Below, piece after piece: positions 10,751-19,337 of a DNA stretch of 64,000 nucleotides. The notes under the pieces are model-generated. The model made no database searches. It worked only from the letters and a program-made list of their open reading frames with translations, and had not been told where the DNA came from. Position 1 is the first letter of the stretch. Each line of letters opens with the position of its first letter. The position numbers and the translations under genes are program-made. This stretch comes from an uncultured Chloroflexia bacterium. Its GTDB lineage: Bacteria; Chloroflexota; Limnocylindria; Limnocylindrales; CSP1-4. The stretch spans positions 1 through 64,000 of the forward strand of contig CAVVYR010000004.1 of NCBI GenBank assembly GCA_963752475.1, in the 5' to 3' direction.

Positions 10751-11161
10751 CTACGGAGTCGGGCGATCACGATCGTTCTCGCTTGCCTCCTTCGCCTGTC
10801 TACGTCGCGCACGGCGTCGTCGCTTCCGCGGGCCACTCTCGGCCTCACGCTCCAGCCGATACTCGACCATGCCCGTGGCGATGCGGCTCAGGATCATCAC
10901 CAACAGGCCCACGCCGATGAGCACGTAGACGATGGTGAAGGCCTTGCCCAGGTCGGTCTGCGGCGTGAAGTCACCGAAGCCGACGGTCGCGGCCGCGATG
11001 ACCGAGAAGTAGAGGCTGTCGAGCAGGCTCCACCCCTCGACCACCATGTAGAAGAGCGTGCCCACGGTCAGCAACGCCGCCAGGATCGAAAACGCCGCCC
11101 GGAACGCGTCGTCGGCCAACAAGTGACGGAGCGTGACCACGAACTCATGGAAAGGACGCAT
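10751..11161 (-). CDS. Two-TM potassium channel family protein
   Basis: GWSLLDSLYFSVIAAATVGFGDFTP selectivity-filter motif. Confidence 0.9.
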   Translation of the reverse strand: MRPFHEFVVTLRHLLADDAFRAAFSILAALLTVGTLFYMVVEGWSLLDSLYFSVIAAATVGFGDFTPQTDLGKAFTIVYVLIGVGLLVMILSRIATGMVEYRLEREAESGPRKRRRRARRRQAKEASENDRDRPTP

Positions 11162-11228
11162 GCCCGCGATGGTAGCGCCGCTATCGAGCCGCGGCGCTAC
11201 CCTTCGGTCAGCAGCCGGAGGGAGCCGC

Positions 11229-11603
11229 ATGCCCCACCTCATCATCGAGTGCTCGGAGTCGGTCACGCGTATGGCCGCACCCGAGGCGATCATCGATACC
11301 GTCTTCGCAGCTGCCGAGTCGACCGGCCTCTTCGCCACGTCTGGCGTCGGTGGCATCAAGGTGCGCCTGGAGTCGTTCCGTCACTACCGCAACGTCGAGG
11401 GGCGTGAGCACTTCGTCCACGTCTTCGGCCACATCATGGAGGGCCGCACGACCGAGCAGAAGGCCGCTCTCTCGACCGTCGTGGTACGCGCGCTGAAGGC
11501 GCTGCTGCCGGGCGTGGAGATCGTCTCGATGAACGTGTCCGACTTCGAGCGTGTGACCTACCGCAATGCCGCGATGGTGGAGCTGGCCGATGCGTCGGGC
11601 TAG
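11229..11603 (+). CDS. 5-carboxymethyl-2-hydroxymuconate isomerase family (tautomerase)
   Basis: N-terminal MPHLIIECS (catalytic Pro1), IKVR, FVHV, GRTTEQK. Confidence 0.85.
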   Translation: MPHLIIECSESVTRMAAPEAIIDTVFAAAESTGLFATSGVGGIKVRLESFRHYRNVEGREHFVHVFGHIMEGRTTEQKAALSTVVVRALKALLPGVEIVSMNVSDFERVTYRNAAMVELADASG

Positions 11604-12207
11604 GGCCCTCGCCACCGGGCTGGCCCTTGCGCACATCTGCGTGGCGCTCGTGACGGCGCCTGCGATCGCATCGGAGGAGCCGACGACCCAACGCGTGGAA
11701 CTGCCCGAGATCGGCCTGGCCGCCGTGTTCCCCGCGCACTGGAACGTGCGCGCCGTGATGACGCCGCGCGAATCCTGGTTCGACGTCAGCGCCGAAGACT
11801 CGACGCCGGTCTACGCCTGGGCCGGCTTCTTCGCCATCGGCGATGGGGGCAGATGGTGCGACCTCGATCGCTTCGAGGACTTCCCCTGGCCGCTCGACGA
11901 GCACGCCACCTTCCTCGAGCACTGGCACGTCAGCGGCAGCTTGTACGGCCGCAGCGGTGGCTACGAGGCCATCGAGCTGCAGGCGGGGCCGGCCTGGCGC
12001 ATCGACGTCAACGACGAGCGCAAGGGACGATCCTCACGCCTCTACCTGCTGGAGCACGAAGATGACCATATCCTGCTCACCTGCAGCGATACCCTCGGCT
12101 CGCCGGAGGACTGGATGGCCATCGCCGAGTCCATCGAGTTGGGACCGCGGACCGTCAACGCACCGACCACCATGGCAGCCACACTTGACGCCATCCACGC
12201 TGACTAG
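11590..12207 (+). CDS. Secreted hypothetical protein (paralogue of the next gene)
   Basis: Signal peptide; QRVELPEIGLAAVFPAHW…WCD…LLTCS…WMAIAESIEL. Confidence 0.7.
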   Translation: MRRARALATGLALAHICVALVTAPAIASEEPTTQRVELPEIGLAAVFPAHWNVRAVMTPRESWFDVSAEDSTPVYAWAGFFAIGDGGRWCDLDRFEDFPWPLDEHATFLEHWHVSGSLYGRSGGYEAIELQAGPAWRIDVNDERKGRSSRLYLLEHEDDHILLTCSDTLGSPEDWMAIAESIELGPRTVNAPTTMAATLDAIHAD

Positions 12208-12240
12208 ACAATGAAGACCAGACACGGAACGGAGACGAAC

Positions 12241-12879
12241 ATGCGACGAACCATCCCGACCCTCCTGGCGCTGAGCCTGGCCCTGGGGGCCACTCCCGTC
12301 CTGGCGCAGGATGACGAGGCCACGACCGACGAGGGCGCGACCCAGCGGATCGAGGCTTCGAACCTGGGCATCGCCATGGACTTCCCCGCGGAGTGGAGCG
12401 TGATACTGCCCGAAGGCGAACGCCTTTCGGCGATCACCGACGCTGCGGGTGAGCCGGTGATGGAGACGACGGTCATCTACGCCAATGCCGGCGGCGGCAC
12501 GGTCTGCGACGTCGACGCCTTCCTCGACATGCCGGCGGATTCCGGCCTGGAAGGTTTCGCCTTCGAGTACGTCAACTACCTGCAGCAGAACGCACGCGCG
12601 GACGACGCCATGGTCGTATCTGAGGCCGAAGTCGCGGACGGCGCGGCCTATCGCATCGAGATCTTCAACCAGGGCACCGGCCACATCCGGGCCGTCTACG
12701 TCTTCGACGGTCCTGCTCGAGAGGACGGCACCTTCGAGCGCTTCCTGCTCGCCTGCAGCGCACGCGAGGCCGAGGAACCGTTCTGGGAGACGATCGCCGA
12801 GTCGGTCGAGTTCCTGGAAGCCACCCCGGCCGAAGACGAGGAGGAGATGGCCGACGAGGAGATGGCCGAGGAGGGCTGA
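12241..12879 (+). CDS. Secreted acidic hypothetical protein (paralogue of the previous gene)
   Basis: Signal peptide; QRIEASNLGIAMDFPAEW…VCD…LLACS…WETIAESVEF. Confidence 0.75.
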   Translation: MRRTIPTLLALSLALGATPVLAQDDEATTDEGATQRIEASNLGIAMDFPAEWSVILPEGERLSAITDAAGEPVMETTVIYANAGGGTVCDVDAFLDMPADSGLEGFAFEYVNYLQQNARADDAMVVSEAEVADGAAYRIEIFNQGTGHIRAVYVFDGPAREDGTFERFLLACSAREAEEPFWETIAESVEFLEATPAEDEEEMADEEMAEEG

Positions 12880-12938
12880 AGCGCACGCTCGTGCACGCTC
12901 GTCCTGTCCTGATGGCGCGTTGATGTCATCGTTTACAT

Positions 12939-14024
12939 ATGGATGAGCTGCTGCACCTTCCGCTTCGACTGGCACCCAACCGCGTCTACCGCTTCTACAA
13001 GGGCGGCGGCCTCATGGATCGCTTCCGAGGCCTGCCCGACCCCAAGGACACGATGTTCCCCGAGGACTGGGTCGGCTCGGCCACGCCGGCCATCAACCCG
13101 CCCGAGCAGACCTACGAAGGCGAAGGCCTGAGCACGGTCGAGGTCGGCGGCACGTCGTACGTCATCGCGGACCTGTTGCAGGAGCGCCCCGACGACGTCG
13201 CGGGCGCGCGTATCGTGGAGCGCTACGGGGTGACGACGGCGCTGCTCGTCAAGCTGCTCGACGCGGGCTCGCGGCTGCCGGTACATGTCCACCCCACGCG
13301 CGATCTCGCTCGCCAGATCTTCGACTCGCAGTTCGGCAAGGCGGAGGCGTGGTACATCGCGGCCACGCGGCAGATCGAGGGTGCCCCCTCCCCGCGCGTG
13401 TGGCTCGGCTTCCGTGACGACGTCTCGCCCGATCAGCTGAGAAGCTGGATCCTCGAGCAGGACACCGAGGCACTGCGCGGCGCCATGAACGAGGTCGAGG
13501 TCAAGCCCGGCGATGCCGTCTTCGTGCGACCGGGTCTGCTGCACGCGACCGGCGCCGGCGTCTTCCTCGTCGAGGCCCAGGAGCCGACCGACTTCAGCAT
13601 CATGGCCGAGTACAGCGGCTATCCCATCGACCCCGAGATCGCCCACATGCACAAGGGCTGGGACACGATGCTCGAGGTCATCGACAGCGCTGCGGTCACC
13701 CAGGACGAGCTGTCGGTCCTGTGTGGGCCACCACAGCGCGTGGCCTCCAACGACACCGAGGGCTGGACCGAGGACGACATCTGGGGGCCACAGAGTGACC
13801 CCTACTTCAAGGCCTTCCGCCTGTCGGTGAACGGTTCCGTGGCCTGGCCGCACCCGGGCGTGTACACGGTCAACATCGTGACCGGCGGCTCGGGCGTGGC
13901 CGAGACCGAGCACGGTGCCCTGCAGCTGAAGGCCGGCGACACCTTCACCATCCTTGGCAACACCGCAGCGACGACCATCAGCGGCGAGCTCAAGATGCTG
14001 GTGACGACGCCCTCGTTCGTCTAG
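12939..14024 (+). CDS. Class I mannose-6-phosphate isomerase-like cupin
   Basis: LLVKLLDAGSRLPVHVHP, GKAEAWYI, VKPGDAVFVRPGLLHATG, EAQEPTD. Confidence 0.8.
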   Translation: MDELLHLPLRLAPNRVYRFYKGGGLMDRFRGLPDPKDTMFPEDWVGSATPAINPPEQTYEGEGLSTVEVGGTSYVIADLLQERPDDVAGARIVERYGVTTALLVKLLDAGSRLPVHVHPTRDLARQIFDSQFGKAEAWYIAATRQIEGAPSPRVWLGFRDDVSPDQLRSWILEQDTEALRGAMNEVEVKPGDAVFVRPGLLHATGAGVFLVEAQEPTDFSIMAEYSGYPIDPEIAHMHKGWDTMLEVIDSAAVTQDELSVLCGPPQRVASNDTEGWTEDDIWGPQSDPYFKAFRLSVNGSVAWPHPGVYTVNIVTGGSGVAETEHGALQLKAGDTFTILGNTAATTISGELKMLVTTPSFV

Positions 14025-14127
14025 GATCCAGCCGGGTGCGTGCTACAGGTGGTACCGGTGAGGTTCGGTGGATGCATGACCAATGGGTTAGTACGTCGGG
14101 TTGCCCGGGCCCGGTAGAGTCAACACC

Positions 14128-14655
14128 ATGAAGGAGCGGACGCTCTATGAAGTGCTGATGCTGCACCCGACCGCCACCATCGAGGTGATCAACGCGGTCT
14201 ATCGCGCCTTGGCCAAGCAACACCATCCGGACCGCGCCGGTCCCGAGGCCTCGGAGAAGATGGCCCGCATCAACGAGGCCTACACCGTCCTCTCCGACCA
14301 GGAGAAGCGAGCGCGGTACGACGAGATCATCGGCGTCTCCAAGGCCGGAGACATGGTCGGCCACGCTCGACAGTCGATGCCAGGCGCGACCAACATGAAG
14401 TACGAGGGTGGCAACTGGTCGGTACGGTCCAAGACCGAGCCGACTCCGGCATCCGCCACCTTCGGCGAAGCCGGCCCGCCGCCGCGGTATCCGCCGGCGC
14501 GAGGCAGCGTGCTCTCCTTCGGCCGCTACCGTGGCTGGGCCCTGTCCCAGGTCGCGGCGTACGACCGCAACTACCTCGAGTGGCTGAGCCGCACGATGGC
14601 TGGCCGGACGTACAGCTCGGAGCTCAGGCACGTCTTGAGCCAGGCCGCCAACTAG
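14128..14655 (+). CDS. J-domain (DnaJ-like) protein with C-terminal DUF3820-like domain
   Basis: LYEVL…YRALAKQHHPD…INEAYTVLSDQEKRARYD; C-terminal LSFGRYRGWALSQVAAYDRNYLEWL. Confidence 0.85.
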   Translation: MKERTLYEVLMLHPTATIEVINAVYRALAKQHHPDRAGPEASEKMARINEAYTVLSDQEKRARYDEIIGVSKAGDMVGHARQSMPGATNMKYEGGNWSVRSKTEPTPASATFGEAGPPPRYPPARGSVLSFGRYRGWALSQVAAYDRNYLEWLSRTMAGRTYSSELRHVLSQAAN

Positions 14656-14709
14656 CGACCACGTTCGGGCCTGGTGCCCGCGCCATGGACGTGTCGAAGC
14701 CGACCGGCT

Positions 14710-16236
14710 CTACTCGACGCGGCGGAAGAGCGCGCCGTCCTCATCCTCGTGGAGCAGCTCCCAGTCCGGGTCGGCCGTGATGAACGGGAGCAGGTCGTCG
14801 TTCTCGGCACCGATGGCCGCGAACCCGACCTCCCAGCGCTCGAGGATCTCGGCCCAGTCAGCGCGGCCGCTCGTGACGTCGATGTAGTCGACCCACACGT
14901 CTTCGTCGTACAGCTCGATGCGGGCATCGACCATGACCAGGGCCTGGGGCACGGCGAACGCGAACCACGAGCCCCACCGCTGCGCAGCGTACAAGCGGTC
15001 GCCGGGCTCGACCTCGGCCGCCAGTGCCTTGGTCAGCTCCGGAGGTGCGTTCGAGACGACGCCCTCGGGCCCGAACGGGGCCTCACTCGGCTTGTAGATG
15101 GGCACAGCCACGAGCGCGAGCACCAACAGCAGCACGGCGATGGCCGTATAGCCGGTACCGCGCGGTGCGTCGAAGGTCGGAGCACCGATGCGGCGACCGC
15201 GCAACTCCAGGCCGTCGACGAGGATGGCCACGATGGGCGCGGCACCGATGGCCCACCAGATGACGCTGCGGACGGCCATGAGGCTGAGCACGATCAGGCC
15301 GCCGAGCCAGAGCAGCTGCAACCACGAGACGACGCGACCGCGGATGAGCAGCAACGCCATCACCACCGCGACCGAGGCGAAGAACAACAGCCCGCTGAAG
15401 CTGCGGAGCGTGGGCGCCTGCCATTCGGTGACGATGGCCGCGATGACCGGGTTGGAAGAGAGCTCAAGGATGTAGGCCCACATCTCGAGACCCCACGGGT
15501 TGAGCAGCGTCACGCCGACGCCGATGAGGCCGACGACCAAGGTCAGGGCTGCCAGCCGGCGTCGGGCCACGAGATCCTCGAGGAAGGCCAGGCCGAGCGC
15601 GGCCCAGCCGATGAAGAACGAGCCGTGGGTGTTGGCCCAGGCCACCATCAGGAGCGGGACCAGCAACAGCAGCCAGGGGTACTTGCGCCGCCAGGCGAGG
15701 ATGGCCATCACCGCCGCGAAGAAGACGGCGGCGAACAACTGCGAGCGCACGGCCAGGTTCGTGGCCGCCACGACGAACGCAGCGAGCGTCACGAGCGAGG
15801 CCACGACGCTGTTCGTCCCGACGCCGCGACAGGCAGCGAAGACGAGCCCGAACGTGAGGCCGACGAGGCCGGCGCGCAGGAGCAGCAGCCCGATCCAGCC
15901 GGCGAAGTCGTAGACGGCGGCGAAGACGACGCTGGCCGCCCACTGCTGGTTCAACCACGGGTCGCCGAGCGCGGTGAAGGTGAAGCGGTCCTCGTCTAGG
16001 AGCGCGCCCGAGTCGAGCATGATCTCGCCAGCACGGAGGTGATAGGCGATGTCGGTCGAGTACACCGCTGCCAGGAGCGAGGCCGCCGCCGGCAGGAGCA
16101 CCGCCAGCAAGGCCATGAGCGCGCCGCGAGAGATGGCCCAGCGCGAGGAGCGAGGGGACGGCGGGGTCGGGGCAGCGGGGTCGGCGGGGTCGGCTTGCCG
16201 GACGCGAGACGCGGCCGGCATCTCGTGCTGGGCCAT
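14710..16236 (-). CDS. Polytopic membrane protein, GT-C glycosyltransferase-like
   Basis: DIAYHLRAGE…WLNQQW, WANTHGSF, LLNPWG, TEWQAP, MVDARIELY; about 10-11 hydrophobic segments. Confidence 0.7.
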   Translation of the reverse strand: MAQHEMPAASRVRQADPADPAAPTPPSPRSSRWAISRGALMALLAVLLPAAASLLAAVYSTDIAYHLRAGEIMLDSGALLDEDRFTFTALGDPWLNQQWAASVVFAAVYDFAGWIGLLLLRAGLVGLTFGLVFAACRGVGTNSVVASLVTLAAFVVAATNLAVRSQLFAAVFFAAVMAILAWRRKYPWLLLLVPLLMVAWANTHGSFFIGWAALGLAFLEDLVARRRLAALTLVVGLIGVGVTLLNPWGLEMWAYILELSSNPVIAAIVTEWQAPTLRSFSGLLFFASVAVVMALLLIRGRVVSWLQLLWLGGLIVLSLMAVRSVIWWAIGAAPIVAILVDGLELRGRRIGAPTFDAPRGTGYTAIAVLLLVLALVAVPIYKPSEAPFGPEGVVSNAPPELTKALAAEVEPGDRLYAAQRWGSWFAFAVPQALVMVDARIELYDEDVWVDYIDVTSGRADWAEILERWEVGFAAIGAENDDLLPFITADPDWELLHEDEDGALFRRVE

Positions 16237-16364
16237 CGAGAAGAGCCTACGGCGACACGACCGCACCGGACCGTACCCGAAGGTACCGCTCCGACCCTGA
16301 CCTGCAGCCGTAGTGCCGATCGCTCGTCAGCCGAGCCCTGCTGACCGGACAGCAGGGCCGGTGG

Positions 16365-16700
16365 CTAGCCGGCGGGTCGGAAGATCAGCCGCAGCACGAA
16401 GAGCGAGAACCAGGCCACGAGGCCCCAGAAGAGCATGGCCAGGATGACCCCTGGCTCGAACTCCTCGGGGCCGCTGATGCTGGCGTCACCGGCTTCGGCG
16501 AGATCCTCGGCGAGGCCGGTGATCTCGAAGCGATCGCCGATGACCTCGACGGGCAGCAGCCAGATGTCGGTCAGATCGATCAGTGCAGGCACGTACTCCT
16601 CGAGTCCGACCGGGACCTCGACGAACGGCAGCACGAGCCGCAGCACGAGCGAGATCTGGATGAAGGCGAAGAAGAGACCGGCCAGTCGGATGAAGAGCAC
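16365..16700 (-). CDS. YggT-like small membrane protein
   Basis: Two hydrophobic helices; LVLRLVLPF…LIDLTDIWLLP. Confidence 0.55.
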   Translation of the reverse strand: MLFIRLAGLFFAFIQISLVLRLVLPFVEVPVGLEEYVPALIDLTDIWLLPVEVIGDRFEITGLAEDLAEAGDASISGPEEFEPGVILAMLFWGLVAWFSLFVLRLIFRPAG

Positions 16701-16821
16701 GCGGACAGTCTACTGATGGTGTCGATGAAGCCGACGACGTGCGTGTCGCTGGGCATGACGGGCTCGGCACATCCTTGGCCCCCTGCCGCCCTCGGGCCCC
16801 GGGCATGCGAGAATCCGGGAC

Positions 16822-17214
16822 GTGAGCAGCTACTACGACATCGATACAGCCAACGCCCGCCTGGCCGAGCTCCGGCCGCTCCTGGCGGCCCTTCGAGACG
16901 CCCGCGATGAGGTGGCCGCCGGCCAACGCCGGTTGGCCGAGCTCGCCACGGCCGACGACGCCGATCCCACGCTCATCGCCCGTGAGCAGGAGGGCATGAC
17001 CATCACCGTCAGACGCATGGAGCAGGCCGTCCGGCAGATCGACGCCTGGGGCGTGACCCTGCGCGACATCGGCACCGGCTTGGTGGACTTCCCTGCCCTC
17101 GTCAACGGCCGTCCCATCTGGCTCTGCTGGAAGCTGGGCGAGGACGAGATCGCCAACTGGCACGAGATGGACGCGGGCATCGCGGGCCGCAAACCACTGA
17201 TAGAACTGGGGTAG
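16822..17214 (+). CDS. DUF2203 family protein
   Basis: GVTLRDIGTGLVDFPALVNGRPIWLCWKLGEDEIANWHEMDAGIAGRKP. Confidence 0.9.
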   Translation: MSSYYDIDTANARLAELRPLLAALRDARDEVAAGQRRLAELATADDADPTLIAREQEGMTITVRRMEQAVRQIDAWGVTLRDIGTGLVDFPALVNGRPIWLCWKLGEDEIANWHEMDAGIAGRKPLIELG

Positions 17215-17234
17215 AACGGCCTGGCCGGTAGAAC

Positions 17235-17258
17235 CTATTTGCGTGTCAACGCAAATAG
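17235..17258. promoter_or_regulatory. Perfect 10-4-10 inverted repeat upstream of the rhodanese gene (putative operator)
   Basis: CTATTTGCGT-GTCA-ACGCAAATAG, AT-rich in a high-GC background. Confidence 0.55.
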
Positions 17259-17350
17259 CGGCCAAAGATAGTAGGCTGTGGAAACCGACGAGACACCGAG
17301 TATCGGGTCGCACTGCCGACCACGAGCGTTCAACGACAACTGGAGCAACG

Positions 17351-17725
17351 ATGTCCTTCCTTCGCAACCTCATGGGCCCGGGCGTGCCCTCCGTCGACGT
17401 CAAGCAGGCTGCCGACATGCAGGGCGGCGAGGTCGGCGCGCTGATCGTCGACGTACGTGAGCCCAACGAGTACAACCAGCTCCGGGCCAGGGGCGCGGTG
17501 CTGCTGCCGCTCGGCCGGCTGAACGGTCGCGTCAAGGACCTTCCGCGCGACCGCGAGATCCTGCTCATGTGCCGCACCGGCGGCCGCAGCTCCAACGCCA
17601 CGCAGTTCCTCGCAGCCAACGGCTTCGAGAACGTGACCAACGTCAATGGCGGCATGGTCGCCTGGCACAACGCCGGCCTGCCCACCACCAGTGGCGCACC
17701 AGAGCCCGGCGAGGGCGAGTTCTAG
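17351..17725 (+). CDS. Rhodanese-like sulfurtransferase
   Basis: LIVDVREPNEY, CRTGGRS active-site loop, NVNGGMVAW. Confidence 0.92.
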   Translation: MSFLRNLMGPGVPSVDVKQAADMQGGEVGALIVDVREPNEYNQLRARGAVLLPLGRLNGRVKDLPRDREILLMCRTGGRSSNATQFLAANGFENVTNVNGGMVAWHNAGLPTTSGAPEPGEGEF

Positions 17726-17734
17726 CCCACCGCC

Positions 17735-18922
17735 ATGGCCGACCGCGTCCTGCTCCTCGCGGGCTCGGTCGGCCCGGAACGCATCCCGGCACGCCCCGAT
17801 CCGCACCATGCCGACTGGTACCTGCCGCTGCACCTGCGCGACGAGCGCGCGGCGCGTGAGCGGATCGCGAGCCAGGTCGCCGTTGGGGCCGATGTCGTCG
17901 TCGCACCCACCTGGCTGACGCATCGGCGCGCACTGCTGCCATTGGGTGAGACGCGGCGTGCCGGCCCCTGGACCGCAGCGGCCGTCCGAGTGGCCCGAGA
18001 GGCCATGGAGATCGGCCTCGAGCGCCGTGATGAAGCATTGGCCGATGCCCCTGAGGGCGACATCCGACGGGGCCGGCCACGACCGCTGGTGGCCGCGTCG
18101 CTGCCGGCTCTCGACGATGAGCCCGAGGCTGCCACGGGGCGCCTGCTCCCCCACGAGGCGGCCACGGCCCGCGACTATCGCGATCAGGCCGGCGCCATCG
18201 CAGACGCCGAGCCCGACCTCATCCTCGTCGAGGGTCAACGGACCGAGCCTGACGCTCGCGCGGCGATCGCCGAGGCCGCGGACAGCGGCCTACCCGTGTG
18301 GACGGCACTGACCCCTGACGCGCTCGCTGCGACCACCCTGCCCGGCTGGCTCGACTGGGCCCGAGCACAGACCCTGGAACGCCTGCTGCTGCCCGGGCCC
18401 CTCGACCCGGCGACCCTTGAAGACGCTCCCCTGCCCTGGGGCGCGCTGGCACCCTCCGACGACCCCCTGAGCGATTGGCTCCAAGCCGGTGCAGGCGCGA
18501 TCGCCTGGCTCGATGGTGCGAACACGGCGGTGCTGGAGGCGTTGCGTGCGGCCATCGACGACCACGAGCGCGCCGGCATCGAAGCGGAGCAGGCCGCCCG
18601 GCGCCGCTGGCAGGCACATCTCCGCCGCGCCGCGTCGATGGCACCTGGCGGCGCCGCGGCCATCATCGGCGCGGCGGACGACCCGTCTCTGCCGGGTGGC
18701 TTCGTCTGGTCGAGCCTGGAACGTCGGGAGTTGCCCTACCTTCCGCCCGAGCGCTTCCGGCTCCTGGTCGATCCCGACGGACCCGCCGACGACGATATCG
18801 CGCGTGCGCTGGAACCCGGTGGCATCGCCCTCTGCCGGCCGGGTCCAGCTGCAAGCGTGCGTCTGCTGTTCCTTGACGAGGCCACCGAACCTCCGCTCGC
18901 GATCTATCGACGAGAGGATTGA
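17735..18922 (+). CDS. Degenerate homocysteine S-methyltransferase-like protein
   Basis: VGADVVVAPTW, AAAVRVAREA, LVAASLP, DLILVE TIM-barrel motifs; no GGCC zinc motif. Confidence 0.6.
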   Translation: MADRVLLLAGSVGPERIPARPDPHHADWYLPLHLRDERAARERIASQVAVGADVVVAPTWLTHRRALLPLGETRRAGPWTAAAVRVAREAMEIGLERRDEALADAPEGDIRRGRPRPLVAASLPALDDEPEAATGRLLPHEAATARDYRDQAGAIADAEPDLILVEGQRTEPDARAAIAEAADSGLPVWTALTPDALAATTLPGWLDWARAQTLERLLLPGPLDPATLEDAPLPWGALAPSDDPLSDWLQAGAGAIAWLDGANTAVLEALRAAIDDHERAGIEAEQAARRRWQAHLRRAASMAPGGAAAIIGAADDPSLPGGFVWSSLERRELPYLPPERFRLLVDPDGPADDDIARALEPGGIALCRPGPAASVRLLFLDEATEPPLAIYRRED

Positions 18923-18946
18923 CCGGGACCGGAGTCCGCTGAGCTC

Positions 18947-19240
18947 GTGGTCACCTGTCGTTGGAGTCGACACTCCGAGGCCTTGTGGTCACCCACAGCG
19001 GCGGGCTCCGCGCACGCTCACGCCTGCGTTCGTGTCGATGGTGCGCGCGTCCTGGTCAGTCGTCGCTCAGGTCGACGGTGGTCCGATGCGCCAGGCGGGA
19101 CTGTGGGACTGCGGTCGATGGGGGCGACGCTTGGCCATCACCCAGGCCGTCCCACCACGCTAGCGTCGCCCGAGTCGACGCCCGACCACCGTTCGGACGA
19201 GCGTGGGCGATCGCGTCGGCACGAACGACGGGTGTCTACT
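18947..19240. repeat. Cluster of REP-like GTCG-N7-CGAC units
   Basis: Perfect cores at 18957, 19062, 19114, 19165 and 19215, plus degenerate units, between convergent genes. Confidence 0.7.
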
Positions 19241-19337
19241 GCGGAGGAGCCGGGGCCGCCAGTTGCCGCCAGCGCCTCGCCGTCAGCTTCAGGACGTGAC
19301 CCACCGAGGATGGCAGCCGCGTGGAGCAGCCGGAAGG

